64,000 nucleotides of DNA from positions 9,291 to 73,290 of the forward strand of contig JAKFXY010000029.1 in the NCBI GenBank assembly GCA_021731165.1, in the 5' to 3' direction. This DNA comes from Acidobacteriota bacterium. GTDB taxonomy: Bacteria > Acidobacteriota > Vicinamibacteria > Vicinamibacterales > UBA2999. Of the stretch, positions 18,828 through 28,057 are shown one piece after another. Within the stretch, counting starts at the first letter, position 1; the number at the start of each line of letters is the position of its first letter. Both the position numbers and the translations under genes were made by a program. The notes below the pieces were generated by a model. The model was given only the letters and a program-made list of their open reading frames with translations. It was not told the DNA's origin and searched no databases.

Positions 18828-19871
18828 CTACCGGCGCGCGTCCGACGGCGCGCCGCCCTGGACGCGGCTCACCTCGGTGCGCACGAGGTAGGGCTTCGCC
18901 TGGCCTGGGAAGAAGTACAGCCGGACGACGACCTCCGAGACCAGGCCGAAGAGCAGGAATTGGACACCGCTGACGAAGAGCACCAGCGCGAGCAGGAACC
19001 ACCCGCTGCGGTCGCGCACGACCGGCACGCCGTAGGCCAGGCTGATGAACCCGAGTGTGCCCATGATGAGCCCAGCCGCGGCGAGGCTGGCCAGCGCCAG
19101 ACGCCCGAACACACGAATCGGCCGGTCCAGGTACTTCACGTAGAACACCAGGAAGGCGATGTCGAGCAGTACGTTGAACGTGCGCCCAATCCCGTAGTTC
19201 GAGGTGCCGACAGGGCGTTCGACGTTGCGGATCGGCAGCTCGGTGATCCGCGCGCCGATGTTCTTCGCGAGCACGGGGATGAAGCGATGCTGTTCGCCGA
19301 GGAGCTGCAGCTGGCGGACCACGTCGCCGCGATACGCCCGGAACGTCGTGCCGACATCGTGCACGGTCAGCCCCGTCAGCTTCCGCACCAGCCAGTTGGC
19401 GGCGGCCGACGGCCAGCGGCGGATGATGCCTTCCTGCCGCTCGGCGCGCCAGCCGCACACGACGTCATAGCCATCCTCGATCTTTGCCAGGAACTGTGGA
19501 ATGTCCTCGGGGAAGTGCTGGAGGTCCGCGTCCATGGAGATCACGATGTCGCCGCGCGCGTGGTCGAAGCCGACCTGTAGAGCGGCTGTCTGCCCATAGT
19601 TGCGCCGCAGCGACACGAGCGACACACGGGGGTCCGCGATTCCGAGTTTTCCGGTGACGCCGCCGGTCTCATCGGTGCTCCCATCGTCCACGACGACGAA
19701 CTCGAAGTCGTATCGCGACGCAAGCGTGCGGGTCACTTCGTCGAGCCGGCGCATCAGCTCCAGAAGGGTTTTCGCCTCGTTGAAGACCGGGAGGACGATG
19801 CTGACGAGCGGCCGGGCACCGGTCGACACGTCGGGCCCGTCCGCAGCGGGTGCGTTGATCAATACGGGCAT
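18828..19871 (-). CDS. GT2 polyprenyl-phosphate glycosyltransferase (ArnC/GtrB/CsbB-like) with two C-terminal TM helices
   Basis: Start taken at the internal ATG at 19871 (MPVLINAP...), 50 bp after the upstream stop. Motifs VSIVLPVFNE, FVVVDDGSTDET, ISMDADLQH and NYG, followed by two hydrophobic C-terminal helices. Confidence 0.8.
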   Translation of the reverse strand: MPVLINAPAADGPDVSTGARPLVSIVLPVFNEAKTLLELMRRLDEVTRTLASRYDFEFVVVDDGSTDETGGVTGKLGIADPRVSLVSLRRNYGQTAALQVGFDHARGDIVISMDADLQHFPEDIPQFLAKIEDGYDVVCGWRAERQEGIIRRWPSAAANWLVRKLTGLTVHDVGTTFRAYRGDVVRQLQLLGEQHRFIPVLAKNIGARITELPIRNVERPVGTSNYGIGRTFNVLLDIAFLVFYVKYLDRPIRVFGRLALASLAAAGLIMGTLGFISLAYGVPVVRDRSGWFLLALVLFVSGVQFLLFGLVSEVVVRLYFFPGQAKPYLVRTEVSRVQGGAPSDARR

Positions 19872-19920
19872 GGATTGGGATCGGCGAACGTGCCCATCGT
19901 TGCCGGAAACCGCTGACCTG

Positions 19921-20760
19921 TCAACGGTTCTGGCCCTGAGTACGTGCCCTGAGCCGCCGTTCCCGCCAGTCGGCCACCGACTCCGCCGGAGCGCTGTCGT
20001 AGCCCAGGAGCCGTGCGAGTGCGGGATCATCCGCGTGGCGTCCCCGCAGTGCGGCGGGCAGCGAGATCTGCTGCGCGATGATCGGCAGCGAGTAGACGTG
20101 GTTCACCGCGCGCCGCGGGTGGCCCGACGTGTTGGCGCCGGCCCGGTGGAACAGCATCGAGTCGAACACGACGAACGCGCCCGGTTCAGCCGTGATTGTG
20201 TGATCGACCGACGTGGCCACGGTCGCCGAGGGAAAGCGTTCGGTGAGGTGGGAGGCTGGCAGTACGGCCGTGGCGCCGGTGTCCACCCGGAACGGGTCGA
20301 TGCAGAACACGGCACTGATTGCGAGTGGGCGGCTCGAGACGAAGTGTTGGTACGGCAGGTCGCGGTGGTAGACCCCCTGTGTATGCGTTTCGGAGGACGG
20401 ATTGACGATGCCGTTCTGCTGCATGAGCACGATATAGTCGCCGAGCAGGCGACAGCAGAGGGCGAGGAGCGGCGGGTGAGCGGCCAGTCGCAGGAACACG
20501 TCGTCATAGACGAGTGGGCACCGGGCGGTGAGGGTGTCCCCAATCGAGGCAAGGCGCGCGGCGCCGCCGAACTCCTGGATCTGTCGAGCGAGCACCGCGT
20601 CGAGCCGCTCACCGAGATCGGCAATTTCGGCCGGGTCGAGGCCGGAGTCGAACACCGAGTAGCCGAGGAGGCGAATGCGCTCGGCATGGATCGAGGTCTC
20701 GTCACCGGCCTCTTCGCGCTGGCTTACGCCGTAGACCATTACATCCGGAGTGTCGGCCAT
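19921..20760 (-). CDS. Phytanoyl-CoA dioxygenase (PhyH)-family Fe(II)/2-oxoglutarate oxygenase
   Basis: Start at the ATG at 20760 (MADTPDV...). YHRD provides the HxD motif, then GATAVLPASH, with a distal His in MLFHRAGAN. Confidence 0.65.
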   Translation of the reverse strand: MADTPDVMVYGVSQREEAGDETSIHAERIRLLGYSVFDSGLDPAEIADLGERLDAVLARQIQEFGGAARLASIGDTLTARCPLVYDDVFLRLAAHPPLLALCCRLLGDYIVLMQQNGIVNPSSETHTQGVYHRDLPYQHFVSSRPLAISAVFCIDPFRVDTGATAVLPASHLTERFPSATVATSVDHTITAEPGAFVVFDSMLFHRAGANTSGHPRRAVNHVYSLPIIAQQISLPAALRGRHADDPALARLLGYDSAPAESVADWRERRLRARTQGQNR

Positions 20761-20829
20761 GCGTCTCTTCCTTTGGCGACTACGCGCCCTGCGGGGAGTC
20801 CAAGCCCCTGTGATGGCGTGACATGAGGC

Positions 20830-20843
20830 GGACCGCCATAGTA
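20830..20843. promoter_or_regulatory. Conserved intergenic motif GGACCGCCATAGTA (copy 1; contains a CATAGT/TACTAT -10-like hexamer)
   Basis: Identical 14-mer also occurs at 30912..30925, matching 16 of 17 nt when extended. Both copies lie in divergent intergenic regions. Confidence 0.3.
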
Positions 20844-20884
20844 GACTCCCACCTTCCAGCCGCCGGCTCGCGGTCCACCATCGA

Positions 20885-21580
20885 ATGAGCGGCAAGCGCG
20901 TTGCGATCGTGCAATCGAGTTACATCCCGTGGAAAGGCTACTTCGACCTGATCCGGAGCGTCGACGAGTTTATCCTGTTGGATGACGTGCAGTTCACGCG
21001 TCGCGATTGGCGCAGCCGCAATCAGATCAAGACACAACATGGCCTCGCGTGGCTGTCCGTTCCCGTCAACACGCGGGGGCGCTACACGCAGACGATCCTG
21101 GAAACGACGATCTCCGACGCGTCGTGGGCCGACCGGCACTGGCAGACGCTCCGCGCCAGCTACGCGCAAACCCCGTTCTTTCGTACCTACGCCGCTCCGG
21201 TCGAGGCGCTCTATCGCGGCGCGGCATCGAATCGTCTCAGCGACGTCAATCACGCGTTTCTCGCGGGGCTCTGCGGCATGCTCGGCATCGAGACGCGTGT
21301 GACGTGGTCCACCGACTACGCCGTGCGCGGCGGACGCAGCGAGCGGCTCGTCGATCTCTGCCTGGCGAGCGGCGCCACGGAGTACCTGTCGGGACCGAGC
21401 GCCCGCGACTATCTCGATGTGGCGGCGTTCGGGGCGGCGGGAGTCCAGGTCCGGTTCGCGGACTACGGCGGCTACCCGGAGTACTCGCAGCCGCACGGGC
21501 CCTTCGAGCACCACGTTTCGGTGCTGGATCTCCTGTTCTGCACCGGCCCCCGCGCCATCGAGCACATGAAGACGCTGTGA
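20885..21580 (+). CDS. WbqC-like family protein, copy 2
   Basis: 231 aa. VAIVQSSYIPWKGYFDLI...LLDDVQF...WRSRNQIKT...WLSVPV...YLSGPSARDYLD...VSVLDLLFCTG is colinear with 11655..12350. Confidence 0.75.
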   Translation: MSGKRVAIVQSSYIPWKGYFDLIRSVDEFILLDDVQFTRRDWRSRNQIKTQHGLAWLSVPVNTRGRYTQTILETTISDASWADRHWQTLRASYAQTPFFRTYAAPVEALYRGAASNRLSDVNHAFLAGLCGMLGIETRVTWSTDYAVRGGRSERLVDLCLASGATEYLSGPSARDYLDVAAFGAAGVQVRFADYGGYPEYSQPHGPFEHHVSVLDLLFCTGPRAIEHMKTL

Positions 21581-22566
21581 TGGGCGGGCCAGAGATCATC
21601 CACGCGCCGGAACCGCCACACGTGACGCGGCGGGCGCTGTCGATTGTCACGTCGATGTTCGAGTCGGAGGCGTTCTTGCGCGACTTCCATCGAAGAGTCA
21701 GCGAGGCCGCGCTCCGTCTCACACCCGACTACGAGATCATCCTCGTCAACGACGGGTCGCCAGACGATTCGCTGCGCGTCGCCCTCGATCTGCGGGCCGG
21801 CGATCCGCGAGTACGGGTCGTCGATCTCTCCAGGAACTTCGGGCACCACAAGGCGCTGATGACCGGACTGACGCGCGCGCGCGGCGATCTGGTCTTCCTG
21901 ATTGATTCCGACCTGGAAGAGGATCCGTCGTGGTTGATGTCGTTCCACGACGCGATGACGGCCACGGGCGCCGACGTGATTTATGGCGTGCAGCAGTCGA
22001 GAAAAGGAGGATGGTTCGAGCGGGTGACGGGAGCCCTCTTCTTCCAGGTGTTCAACCGGATGCTGACGCATCCTTTTCCCGCGAACGTCGTCACCGTTCG
22101 GCTGATGACGCGTCGGTACGTGCGCGCGCTCATCCAGCACAGGGATCAGGAAGTGTGCCTGGCCGGCCTCTGGATGATCACCGGTTTCGACCAGCGCCCC
22201 TTCCCGGTGAAGAAGCTGAGCCGGGCGACGACGTCCTACAGCCTCTCGCGGCGCGTGTCCGCGTTCGTCAACGCGATCACCTCCTTCAGCAACCGGCCGC
22301 TGATCTATATCTTCCAGATCGGGATGGCGGTGATGGTGCTCTCGGTCGTCGAGGGCATCGTGCTGCTGTACCTGCGGTTCTCGCGCGGCGTGGGCGTGCC
22401 TGGCTGGGCGTCGATCATGGTGTCGATCTGGTTTCTAGGCGGGCTGACGATATTCTGCCTTGGCGTGATTGGCGTGTATCTGGCCAAGGTGTTCACGGAG
22501 ACCAAGAATCGTCCCTACACCGTGATCCGTGAGGAGTATGGGGCCGCCGAGGACAGCGCTCCGTGA
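21580..22566 (+). CDS. GT2 polyprenyl-phosphate glycosyltransferase (GtrB/ArnC-like) with two C-terminal TM helices
   Basis: ATG at 21580 overlaps the WbqC stop. Motifs LSIVTSMFESE, IILVNDGSPDDS, FLIDSDLEE and a Y.V..SR-type motif, followed by two C-terminal hydrophobic helices. Confidence 0.8.
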   Translation: MGGPEIIHAPEPPHVTRRALSIVTSMFESEAFLRDFHRRVSEAALRLTPDYEIILVNDGSPDDSLRVALDLRAGDPRVRVVDLSRNFGHHKALMTGLTRARGDLVFLIDSDLEEDPSWLMSFHDAMTATGADVIYGVQQSRKGGWFERVTGALFFQVFNRMLTHPFPANVVTVRLMTRRYVRALIQHRDQEVCLAGLWMITGFDQRPFPVKKLSRATTSYSLSRRVSAFVNAITSFSNRPLIYIFQIGMAVMVLSVVEGIVLLYLRFSRGVGVPGWASIMVSIWFLGGLTIFCLGVIGVYLAKVFTETKNRPYTVIREEYGAAEDSAP

Positions 22567-23186
22567 CGCTCGACGTCTTTCAGGAGCAGGCGCGCCGGTA
22601 CTATGAGGGCACGTTGCGCGCGCACGGGGTGACCGCGCGCGGGGTCGATTGGAACTCCACTGAGTCGCAGATCGTCAGGTTTCGCCAGTTCGCCAGGTTG
22701 CTCGAGGACGATCCGGAGGCGACGGTCGTTGACTACGGGTGCGGATACGGTGCGTTGGCTGTGTACCTGCGCAAGCAGGGTTATCGTGGCCGGTATACCG
22801 GGTTCGACGTCAGCGGCGACATGGTCGCGGCGGCGGCGGGCGTGGCGGGCGGCCTTCCCGACTGCCGGTTCACATCGGACCGAGCGGAGGTCGAACCGGC
22901 GGACTACACGATCGCCAGCGGCATTTTCAACGTGCGCATCGACGCGGCGGACGAAGCGTGGCGCGACTACCTTCTGCGCACGGTCGAGGACATCCGCAGC
23001 GTGAGCGGACGTGGATTCGGCTTCAACGCCCTTACGAGCTACTCGGATCCGGACAAGCGGCGCGCCGATCTGTACTACGCCAACCCGCTCGAGCTCTTCG
23101 ACCATTGCCAGCGGACCTACTCGCGGCGTGTCAGCCTCCTGCACGACTACGAGCTGTACGAGTTCACGATCCTCGTCAGGCTATGA
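22563..23186 (+). CDS. Class I SAM-dependent methyltransferase
   Basis: 207 aa. The GTG overlaps the upstream stop (GTGA). Motif I is VVDYGCGYGALAVYL. Confidence 0.7.
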   Translation: MTLDVFQEQARRYYEGTLRAHGVTARGVDWNSTESQIVRFRQFARLLEDDPEATVVDYGCGYGALAVYLRKQGYRGRYTGFDVSGDMVAAAAGVAGGLPDCRFTSDRAEVEPADYTIASGIFNVRIDAADEAWRDYLLRTVEDIRSVSGRGFGFNALTSYSDPDKRRADLYYANPLELFDHCQRTYSRRVSLLHDYELYEFTILVRL

Positions 23187-23193
23187 AGGGCAC

Positions 23194-23853
23194 ATGGCTC
23201 GGCTCGTAATCTTTGGCGCCGGCGACATCGCCCGGCTGGCCCACCACTACTTCAAGACCGACAGCCCCCACGAGGTCGCGGCCTTCGTGGTGGACCGCGA
23301 GTTCAAGACCACCGACATCTTCGATGGCCTTCCGTTGTGTGCGACCGACGAGCTCGTGGCGCGCTATCCGCCGTCGGACTACTCGGCGTTCGTGGCCGTG
23401 AGCTATGCGCGGATGAATCGCCTCAGGCAGGAGAAGTACGAGGCGATGAAGGCGGCGGGGTACCAGTGCGTCAGCTACGTGAGCTCCCGCTGCACGTATC
23501 TTTCGACAACGCCTCCAGGAGACAACTGCCTGATCCTGGAGGACAACACGATTCAGCCGTTCGTCACGATCGGCAACAACGTGACGCTCTGGAGCGGCAA
23601 CCACATCGGCCACGACTCCACGATCGAGGACCACTGCTTCATCGCTTCCCACGTCGTGGTGTCCGGCCACGTTCGGGTCGGCGCCGGCTCGTTCATCGGC
23701 GTCAACGCCACGCTGCGGAACTCGATCACGATCGGACCGCAGACGCTCATCGCGGCCGGCGCCCTCGTCATGAAGGACACGGCGGCTGGAGGCGTCTATT
23801 TCCAGGAGCGCGCCAAGCGCGCACCACAATCGAGCGACGAGATCGATCTGTGA
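23194..23853 (+). CDS. NeuD/PglD-type sugar N-acetyltransferase (left-handed beta-helix)
   Basis: Begins at the ATG at 23194 with MARLVIFGAGDIARLA (a Rossmann-like N-terminal domain). Hexapeptide repeats follow (IGNNVTLWSGNHIGHDSTIEDHCFIASHVVVSGHVRVGAGSFIGVNATL). Confidence 0.75.
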   Translation: MARLVIFGAGDIARLAHHYFKTDSPHEVAAFVVDREFKTTDIFDGLPLCATDELVARYPPSDYSAFVAVSYARMNRLRQEKYEAMKAAGYQCVSYVSSRCTYLSTTPPGDNCLILEDNTIQPFVTIGNNVTLWSGNHIGHDSTIEDHCFIASHVVVSGHVRVGAGSFIGVNATLRNSITIGPQTLIAAGALVMKDTAAGGVYFQERAKRAPQSSDEIDL

Positions 23854-24767
23854 CCGGAACGTGGCGGCGTCTCGGCGCGCTTGACCTCGACACATCGCGT
23901 GCCGCGGCGTGGGCCGCAACCCACGCCGCCCTGCCGGTGACAGAGGCCGTTGGCGACGGAGTCTGGAACGTGTACCTGAGCCTGCGCGATCGGGACGGAC
24001 GTGCGCGTATCGGACGTACGGTACTGACGTTGGACCCCCAGCCAGCTCTCGCGCCGATCGAGGCTGACCCCGTACTCGATCTTGGTGCGCGCGGCACGTT
24101 CGATGACAGCGGCGTCGTCACCTCCTGCCTGGTCAGCCGGGCCGGGCGCCGATATCTCTTCTACACCGGGTGGAGTCGAGGTGTGACTGTGCCGTTCTAC
24201 CTCGCGGCAGGGCTGGCGACGAGCGAGGATGGCGGGCCGTTCCGGCGCGTGTCGCGCGCGCCGCTGCTCGGCCGCTCCGACGCTGAGCCATTCTTGACCG
24301 CGTCGCCGTTCGTGGAGATTGACGATCGCCGGTGGCGCATGTGGTACGTCTCGAGCCCCGGCTGGATCGAGACCGGGCAGGCACCGCGGCCCGGCTATGA
24401 CATCCGATACGCCGAGTCCGCGGACGGGCTGACATGGGACAGATCCGGTGTCAGGTGTGTGGATGCCGACCGGCCTGACGAGCATGCGTTCGGCCGTCCG
24501 TGGGTGGTTCGCGACGGCGACACGTACCGGATGTGGTTCTCGGTACGCGGTGAACGGTATCGGATTGGGTACGCCGAATCCTCCGACGGCCGCACGTGGA
24601 TACGGCGGGACGCGGTCGCGGGGCTGGATCCCGCGGACGCGGGGTGGGACAGCGAGATGGTCGAGTACCCGTGCATTCTGGACCGACGGAATCGACGGTA
24701 CATGCTCTACAACGGCAACGACTACGGAAAAACCGGGGTCGGTCTTGCCGTGTGGGAGCCGGCGTGA
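23850..24767 (+). CDS. Predicted beta-propeller protein of the GH32/43/130-like fold
   Basis: GTG at 23850 overlaps the upstream stop. Repeated SxDGxTW-type blades (TSEDGGPF, AESADGLTWDR, AESSDGRTWIRR) and a C-terminal YNGNDYGKTGVGLAV. The fold is inferred from motifs only. Confidence 0.45.
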   Translation: MTGTWRRLGALDLDTSRAAAWAATHAALPVTEAVGDGVWNVYLSLRDRDGRARIGRTVLTLDPQPALAPIEADPVLDLGARGTFDDSGVVTSCLVSRAGRRYLFYTGWSRGVTVPFYLAAGLATSEDGGPFRRVSRAPLLGRSDAEPFLTASPFVEIDDRRWRMWYVSSPGWIETGQAPRPGYDIRYAESADGLTWDRSGVRCVDADRPDEHAFGRPWVVRDGDTYRMWFSVRGERYRIGYAESSDGRTWIRRDAVAGLDPADAGWDSEMVEYPCILDRRNRRYMLYNGNDYGKTGVGLAVWEPA

Positions 24768-25918
24768 GCCTGGAGCGCCCTGTCCGGATTGCGTACAACC
24801 GGCCCCACCTGACGGGTCGCGAGTTCACCTACATCCGGGAAGCTGTAGACGCCGGACAACTGGCTGGAAACGGCGCCTTTACGAGACGGTGTCAGGGGTG
24901 GCTCGAGGCGAAGCTCGGATGCCCGCAAGCGCTGCTGACGCACTCGTGCACGGGTGCGCTCGAGATGGCGGCGCTGCTGCTGGATCTCCAGGCCGGCGAC
25001 GAGGTCATCATGCCCTCGTTCACCTTCGTCTCGACTGCCAACGCCTTTGTTCTGCGGGGCGCGCGCCCCGTCTTCGTGGATGTCCGCCCCGATACGTTGA
25101 ACATCGACGAGCGGTTGATCGAGGCGGCTATCACACCTCGCACGAAGGCGATTGTGCCGGTGCACTACGCCGGGGTCGCGTGTGAGATGGACACGATCGA
25201 GGCGATTGCCCGTCGGCACGGCGTGGTGGTGATTGAAGACGCTGCTCAGGGGCTGATGGCGGCGTATCGGGGGCGCCCCCTCGGATCGATCGGCCACATC
25301 GCGGCCATCAGCTTTCACGAGACGAAGAATGTCATCGCGGGTGAAGGGGGCGCGCTTGTCGTCAACGAGGCGCGCTTTACCGAACGCGCGGAGATTCTCT
25401 GGGAGAAGGGTACGAACCGGTCGCAGTTCCGGCGCAACGAAGTGGACAGGTACACCTGGCTCGACATCGGGTCGTCCTTCTTGCCTGGCGAACTGACGGC
25501 GGCGTTCCTCTGGGCACAGCTCGAATCGGCCGAGGAGATCACCGCGCGCCGCCTTGCTTTGTGGCGACAGTATCACGCCCGCGCCGAATCGCTGGAGGCG
25601 CTCGGTGTGGTCCGCCCGACGATTCCGCCGTACGCGTCGCATAATGCCCACCTCTTCTACCTGCTCCTGCCGGTGGCGGCGTCGCGCGCCGACGTGCTCG
25701 ACGAGCTCAATCACCAGGGCGTCAACGCGATCTTCCACTACGTGCCGCTGCACGATTCGGTCGGGGGACTCCGGTATGGCCGGGTGGCGAGCCGGATGGA
25801 CGTCACCGATGATGTCAGCCGCCGGCTCATTCGCCTTCCGCTCTGGATTGGCATGAGTGAGGACGATGTGGCCGAGGTGGTGAACTGCGTGGCCAACGCC
25901 GTGGCCAAGAGGATCTGA
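24764..25918 (+). CDS. wecE: dTDP-4-amino-4,6-dideoxygalactose transaminase
   Basis: GTG at 24764 overlaps the upstream stop. Long stretches match E. coli WecE as I recall it: FTRRCQGWLE, EMAALLLDLQAGDEVIMPSFTFVSTANAFVLRGARPVFVDVRPDTLNIDE, IVPVHYAGVACEMDTI, SFHETKN, EKGTNRSQF. Confidence 0.85.
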   Translation: MSLERPVRIAYNRPHLTGREFTYIREAVDAGQLAGNGAFTRRCQGWLEAKLGCPQALLTHSCTGALEMAALLLDLQAGDEVIMPSFTFVSTANAFVLRGARPVFVDVRPDTLNIDERLIEAAITPRTKAIVPVHYAGVACEMDTIEAIARRHGVVVIEDAAQGLMAAYRGRPLGSIGHIAAISFHETKNVIAGEGGALVVNEARFTERAEILWEKGTNRSQFRRNEVDRYTWLDIGSSFLPGELTAAFLWAQLESAEEITARRLALWRQYHARAESLEALGVVRPTIPPYASHNAHLFYLLLPVAASRADVLDELNHQGVNAIFHYVPLHDSVGGLRYGRVASRMDVTDDVSRRLIRLPLWIGMSEDDVAEVVNCVANAVAKRI

Positions 25919-25925
25919 TTCCGCG

Positions 25926-27593
25926 CTAGCGCACCGGCTCGAGATCGCAGGGCCATCCCTGCGGTCCCCACGTGCGTCTCCCTCGGAGATCCGAGCGCAC
26001 CGCCACGATGATGTTCGAGCCGTCATAGATCGTGAATCGGCCTGCCTCCCTGTAACCGGCTCTGAGGTAGGCGTCGATCTTCGGATAGGCGCCGGCAAAC
26101 TCCTCACGCCGCGGTTCGTTGACGAGGGCGACCGGGACTCGTTGAGCTCGCAGCCACGCGAGCATCTGCTGCTGGTCGGTGTCGGTGGCGAACGCGCGCG
26201 GCGGCAGGAACTCCGCATGCCCGGCGGCAAAAGGGCGTCTGGCAAAGAAGCCGTATTCCGGGGCCGGCCATGTCGTGAGCAGGGCGTCGGTCGGCTCGGT
26301 GCACTCATTCAAGTAGCGCACGGCGTCAGGTAGCTCGCGGCTCGGCCAGGACCGTGCCCACGGCCAGACGGACCCGCGCTCTTTCAGATCGGTCACGGTA
26401 TCCACCATGCCGTTCACGCCGCCGTATACGCCGGTGTTGTCGATCGCTTCAGGGAGCTTCTCGAGTACCCACACGCTCCTCGCCGTGCTCAAGGCCAACG
26501 CCATGGCGGCCGCGGCCACGAGCGTTGCTTGCCCGAACCGTGCGAACGACGTGCTGCCGGAAGATGTGATTCCGGTGGGCCCTCTCTTGAGCGACTCCGC
26601 CACGACCTGCCAGGCCTGGCCGAGAATCCAGGCCAGTACGATGGCGACGACAGCCGCGAGGTCGGGAAGCCTGGCGTCGAGCGGGTGCCGGAGAATCACC
26701 GCGAGATAGGCGGCCAGCATCGCCGTGGCTGCCGTGGCGGCCGCGCGCTCCTCCGGTGAGTGGCGGATCCGACGGCCCAGCAGGATAGCGATCGTGATGA
26801 GCACCGCCGCATGTGCCGCATAGAAGAGGAACGCCGCGGCATCCTCGCGTCCCCAGGCGAGGAAATCGAAGCTCGTCAGCGGCGGCAGCGCGAAGATGCG
26901 CTGATGCGCCTCGGCCTTCGAGAACTCGAGGCCGCGCCGCAGGTGCTCGGCGATGCCCTCTGACCACCGCACGAACAAGGCGTACGGAATAAGCGTGGCC
27001 GTGACGAGGGATCCGTAGACAGCGACCGAGGAGAACGCGCGCCGCCGGTCCGGCCACCGAAGCGCCAGGAGCCCGGCTGAGATCCCAACGGCGGCGTAGA
27101 CCGCCAGATCGTGTCTGAGCAGGCCGGCGAGCCCGGTCCAGACGCCGAGTGTGACGAGCCATGGCAGTGTCCTCTTGTCTGCATATCTCTGGAAGATCAG
27201 CATGGCCACCGCTGGCACGAGGATCTTCGGGTAGCTGTAGAACCGGGGCTGAAACGCGACCTCAAGAAGCGTGACTCCAATGGCCACCGGCGCGGAGCCG
27301 CTCAGCCGCTCTGCCACGAGATACGTGACTGCCGCGGCCAGTCCGAGGAGCGCCGCGCTGAGCACGAGCTCGGTGAACGGCCCCGGTCGCATCCACTGCG
27401 CCGCCGCCGAGATCGCGTAGGCCAACGGCATCCCGGGATCGACGAAGTCGCGCCCTGGAAGCTGTCCGAAGAGCAGTTGCTGGGCCCAGGCCAGGTGCAT
27501 GTAGTGGTCGTTGGAGAGGTCCGCCGACGAGAGGACGCGGAACGCGAGGGCTGTCAGCCCGAGAACCAGCGCCGAGAATCCGCTCTCCTTCAT
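25926..27593 (-). CDS. Orphan polytopic membrane protein with a C-terminal soluble domain (family M1, paralogue of 3165..5150)
   Basis: Start at the ATG at 27593 (MKESGFSALV...), 5 nt after the upstream stop. LSNDHYMHL...LPGRDFVD and the C-terminal EPTDALL...AAGHAEFL...QRVPVAL...DAYLRAGYR are colinear with 3165..5150. Confidence 0.7.
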   Translation of the reverse strand: MKESGFSALVLGLTALAFRVLSSADLSNDHYMHLAWAQQLLFGQLPGRDFVDPGMPLAYAISAAAQWMRPGPFTELVLSAALLGLAAAVTYLVAERLSGSAPVAIGVTLLEVAFQPRFYSYPKILVPAVAMLIFQRYADKRTLPWLVTLGVWTGLAGLLRHDLAVYAAVGISAGLLALRWPDRRRAFSSVAVYGSLVTATLIPYALFVRWSEGIAEHLRRGLEFSKAEAHQRIFALPPLTSFDFLAWGREDAAAFLFYAAHAAVLITIAILLGRRIRHSPEERAAATAATAMLAAYLAVILRHPLDARLPDLAAVVAIVLAWILGQAWQVVAESLKRGPTGITSSGSTSFARFGQATLVAAAAMALALSTARSVWVLEKLPEAIDNTGVYGGVNGMVDTVTDLKERGSVWPWARSWPSRELPDAVRYLNECTEPTDALLTTWPAPEYGFFARRPFAAGHAEFLPPRAFATDTDQQQMLAWLRAQRVPVALVNEPRREEFAGAYPKIDAYLRAGYREAGRFTIYDGSNIIVAVRSDLRGRRTWGPQGWPCDLEPVR

Positions 27594-27598
27594 TGTGT

Positions 27599-28057
27599 TC
27601 ACTGTGCTGAGTCGCCGGGGAGAGTGACGTCGTCGCACACCGGCCATGGCGCGTCGCTTAGCGCCTGGAGCGTGGCGCGCACGTTCGCGTCCGGCTGCGT
27701 CTCGTTCAGGCACCGGAGTACTCGCATTTCATCGGGCCCCGGAAGAGCGCCGCTCTCGAGCAACACCGTCATCACGTACTGATCGCGCGCCCACACGGCC
27801 GCCTCGAGCGGCGTGACGGTGACGGCTCGGCCGATCAGGAAGTCCGGGCGGACCGGCGTGGCACGGTTGGGGTCAGCGCCGAGCGCGATCAGCCGGCTCG
27901 CTTCTGCCGCGTTACGAGTCGCCACGGCTTCGGACAATGTCACTTCGTCGGCCGGCCAGAGTCCCCCTCCCAGCGCCGCGGCGACCGTCATCCACAGGCT
28001 GGCGAGCGCGAGCGCCATGGCCGGCGCCGAGGCGATCCATGACGGGAACGTCCTCAT
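27599..28057 (-). CDS. Small signal-anchored ankyrin-repeat-like protein
   Basis: 152 aa, from the ATG at 28057 inside ORF 27599..28891. It overlaps the upstream stop (ATGA). It has a hydrophobic N-terminus (APAMALALASLWMTVAAAL), then LIALGADPN and TPLEAAVWARDQYVMTVLLESGA, which resemble ANK repeats. Confidence 0.5.
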   Translation of the reverse strand: MRTFPSWIASAPAMALALASLWMTVAAALGGGLWPADEVTLSEAVATRNAAEASRLIALGADPNRATPVRPDFLIGRAVTVTPLEAAVWARDQYVMTVLLESGALPGPDEMRVLRCLNETQPDANVRATLQALSDAPWPVCDDVTLPGDSAQ

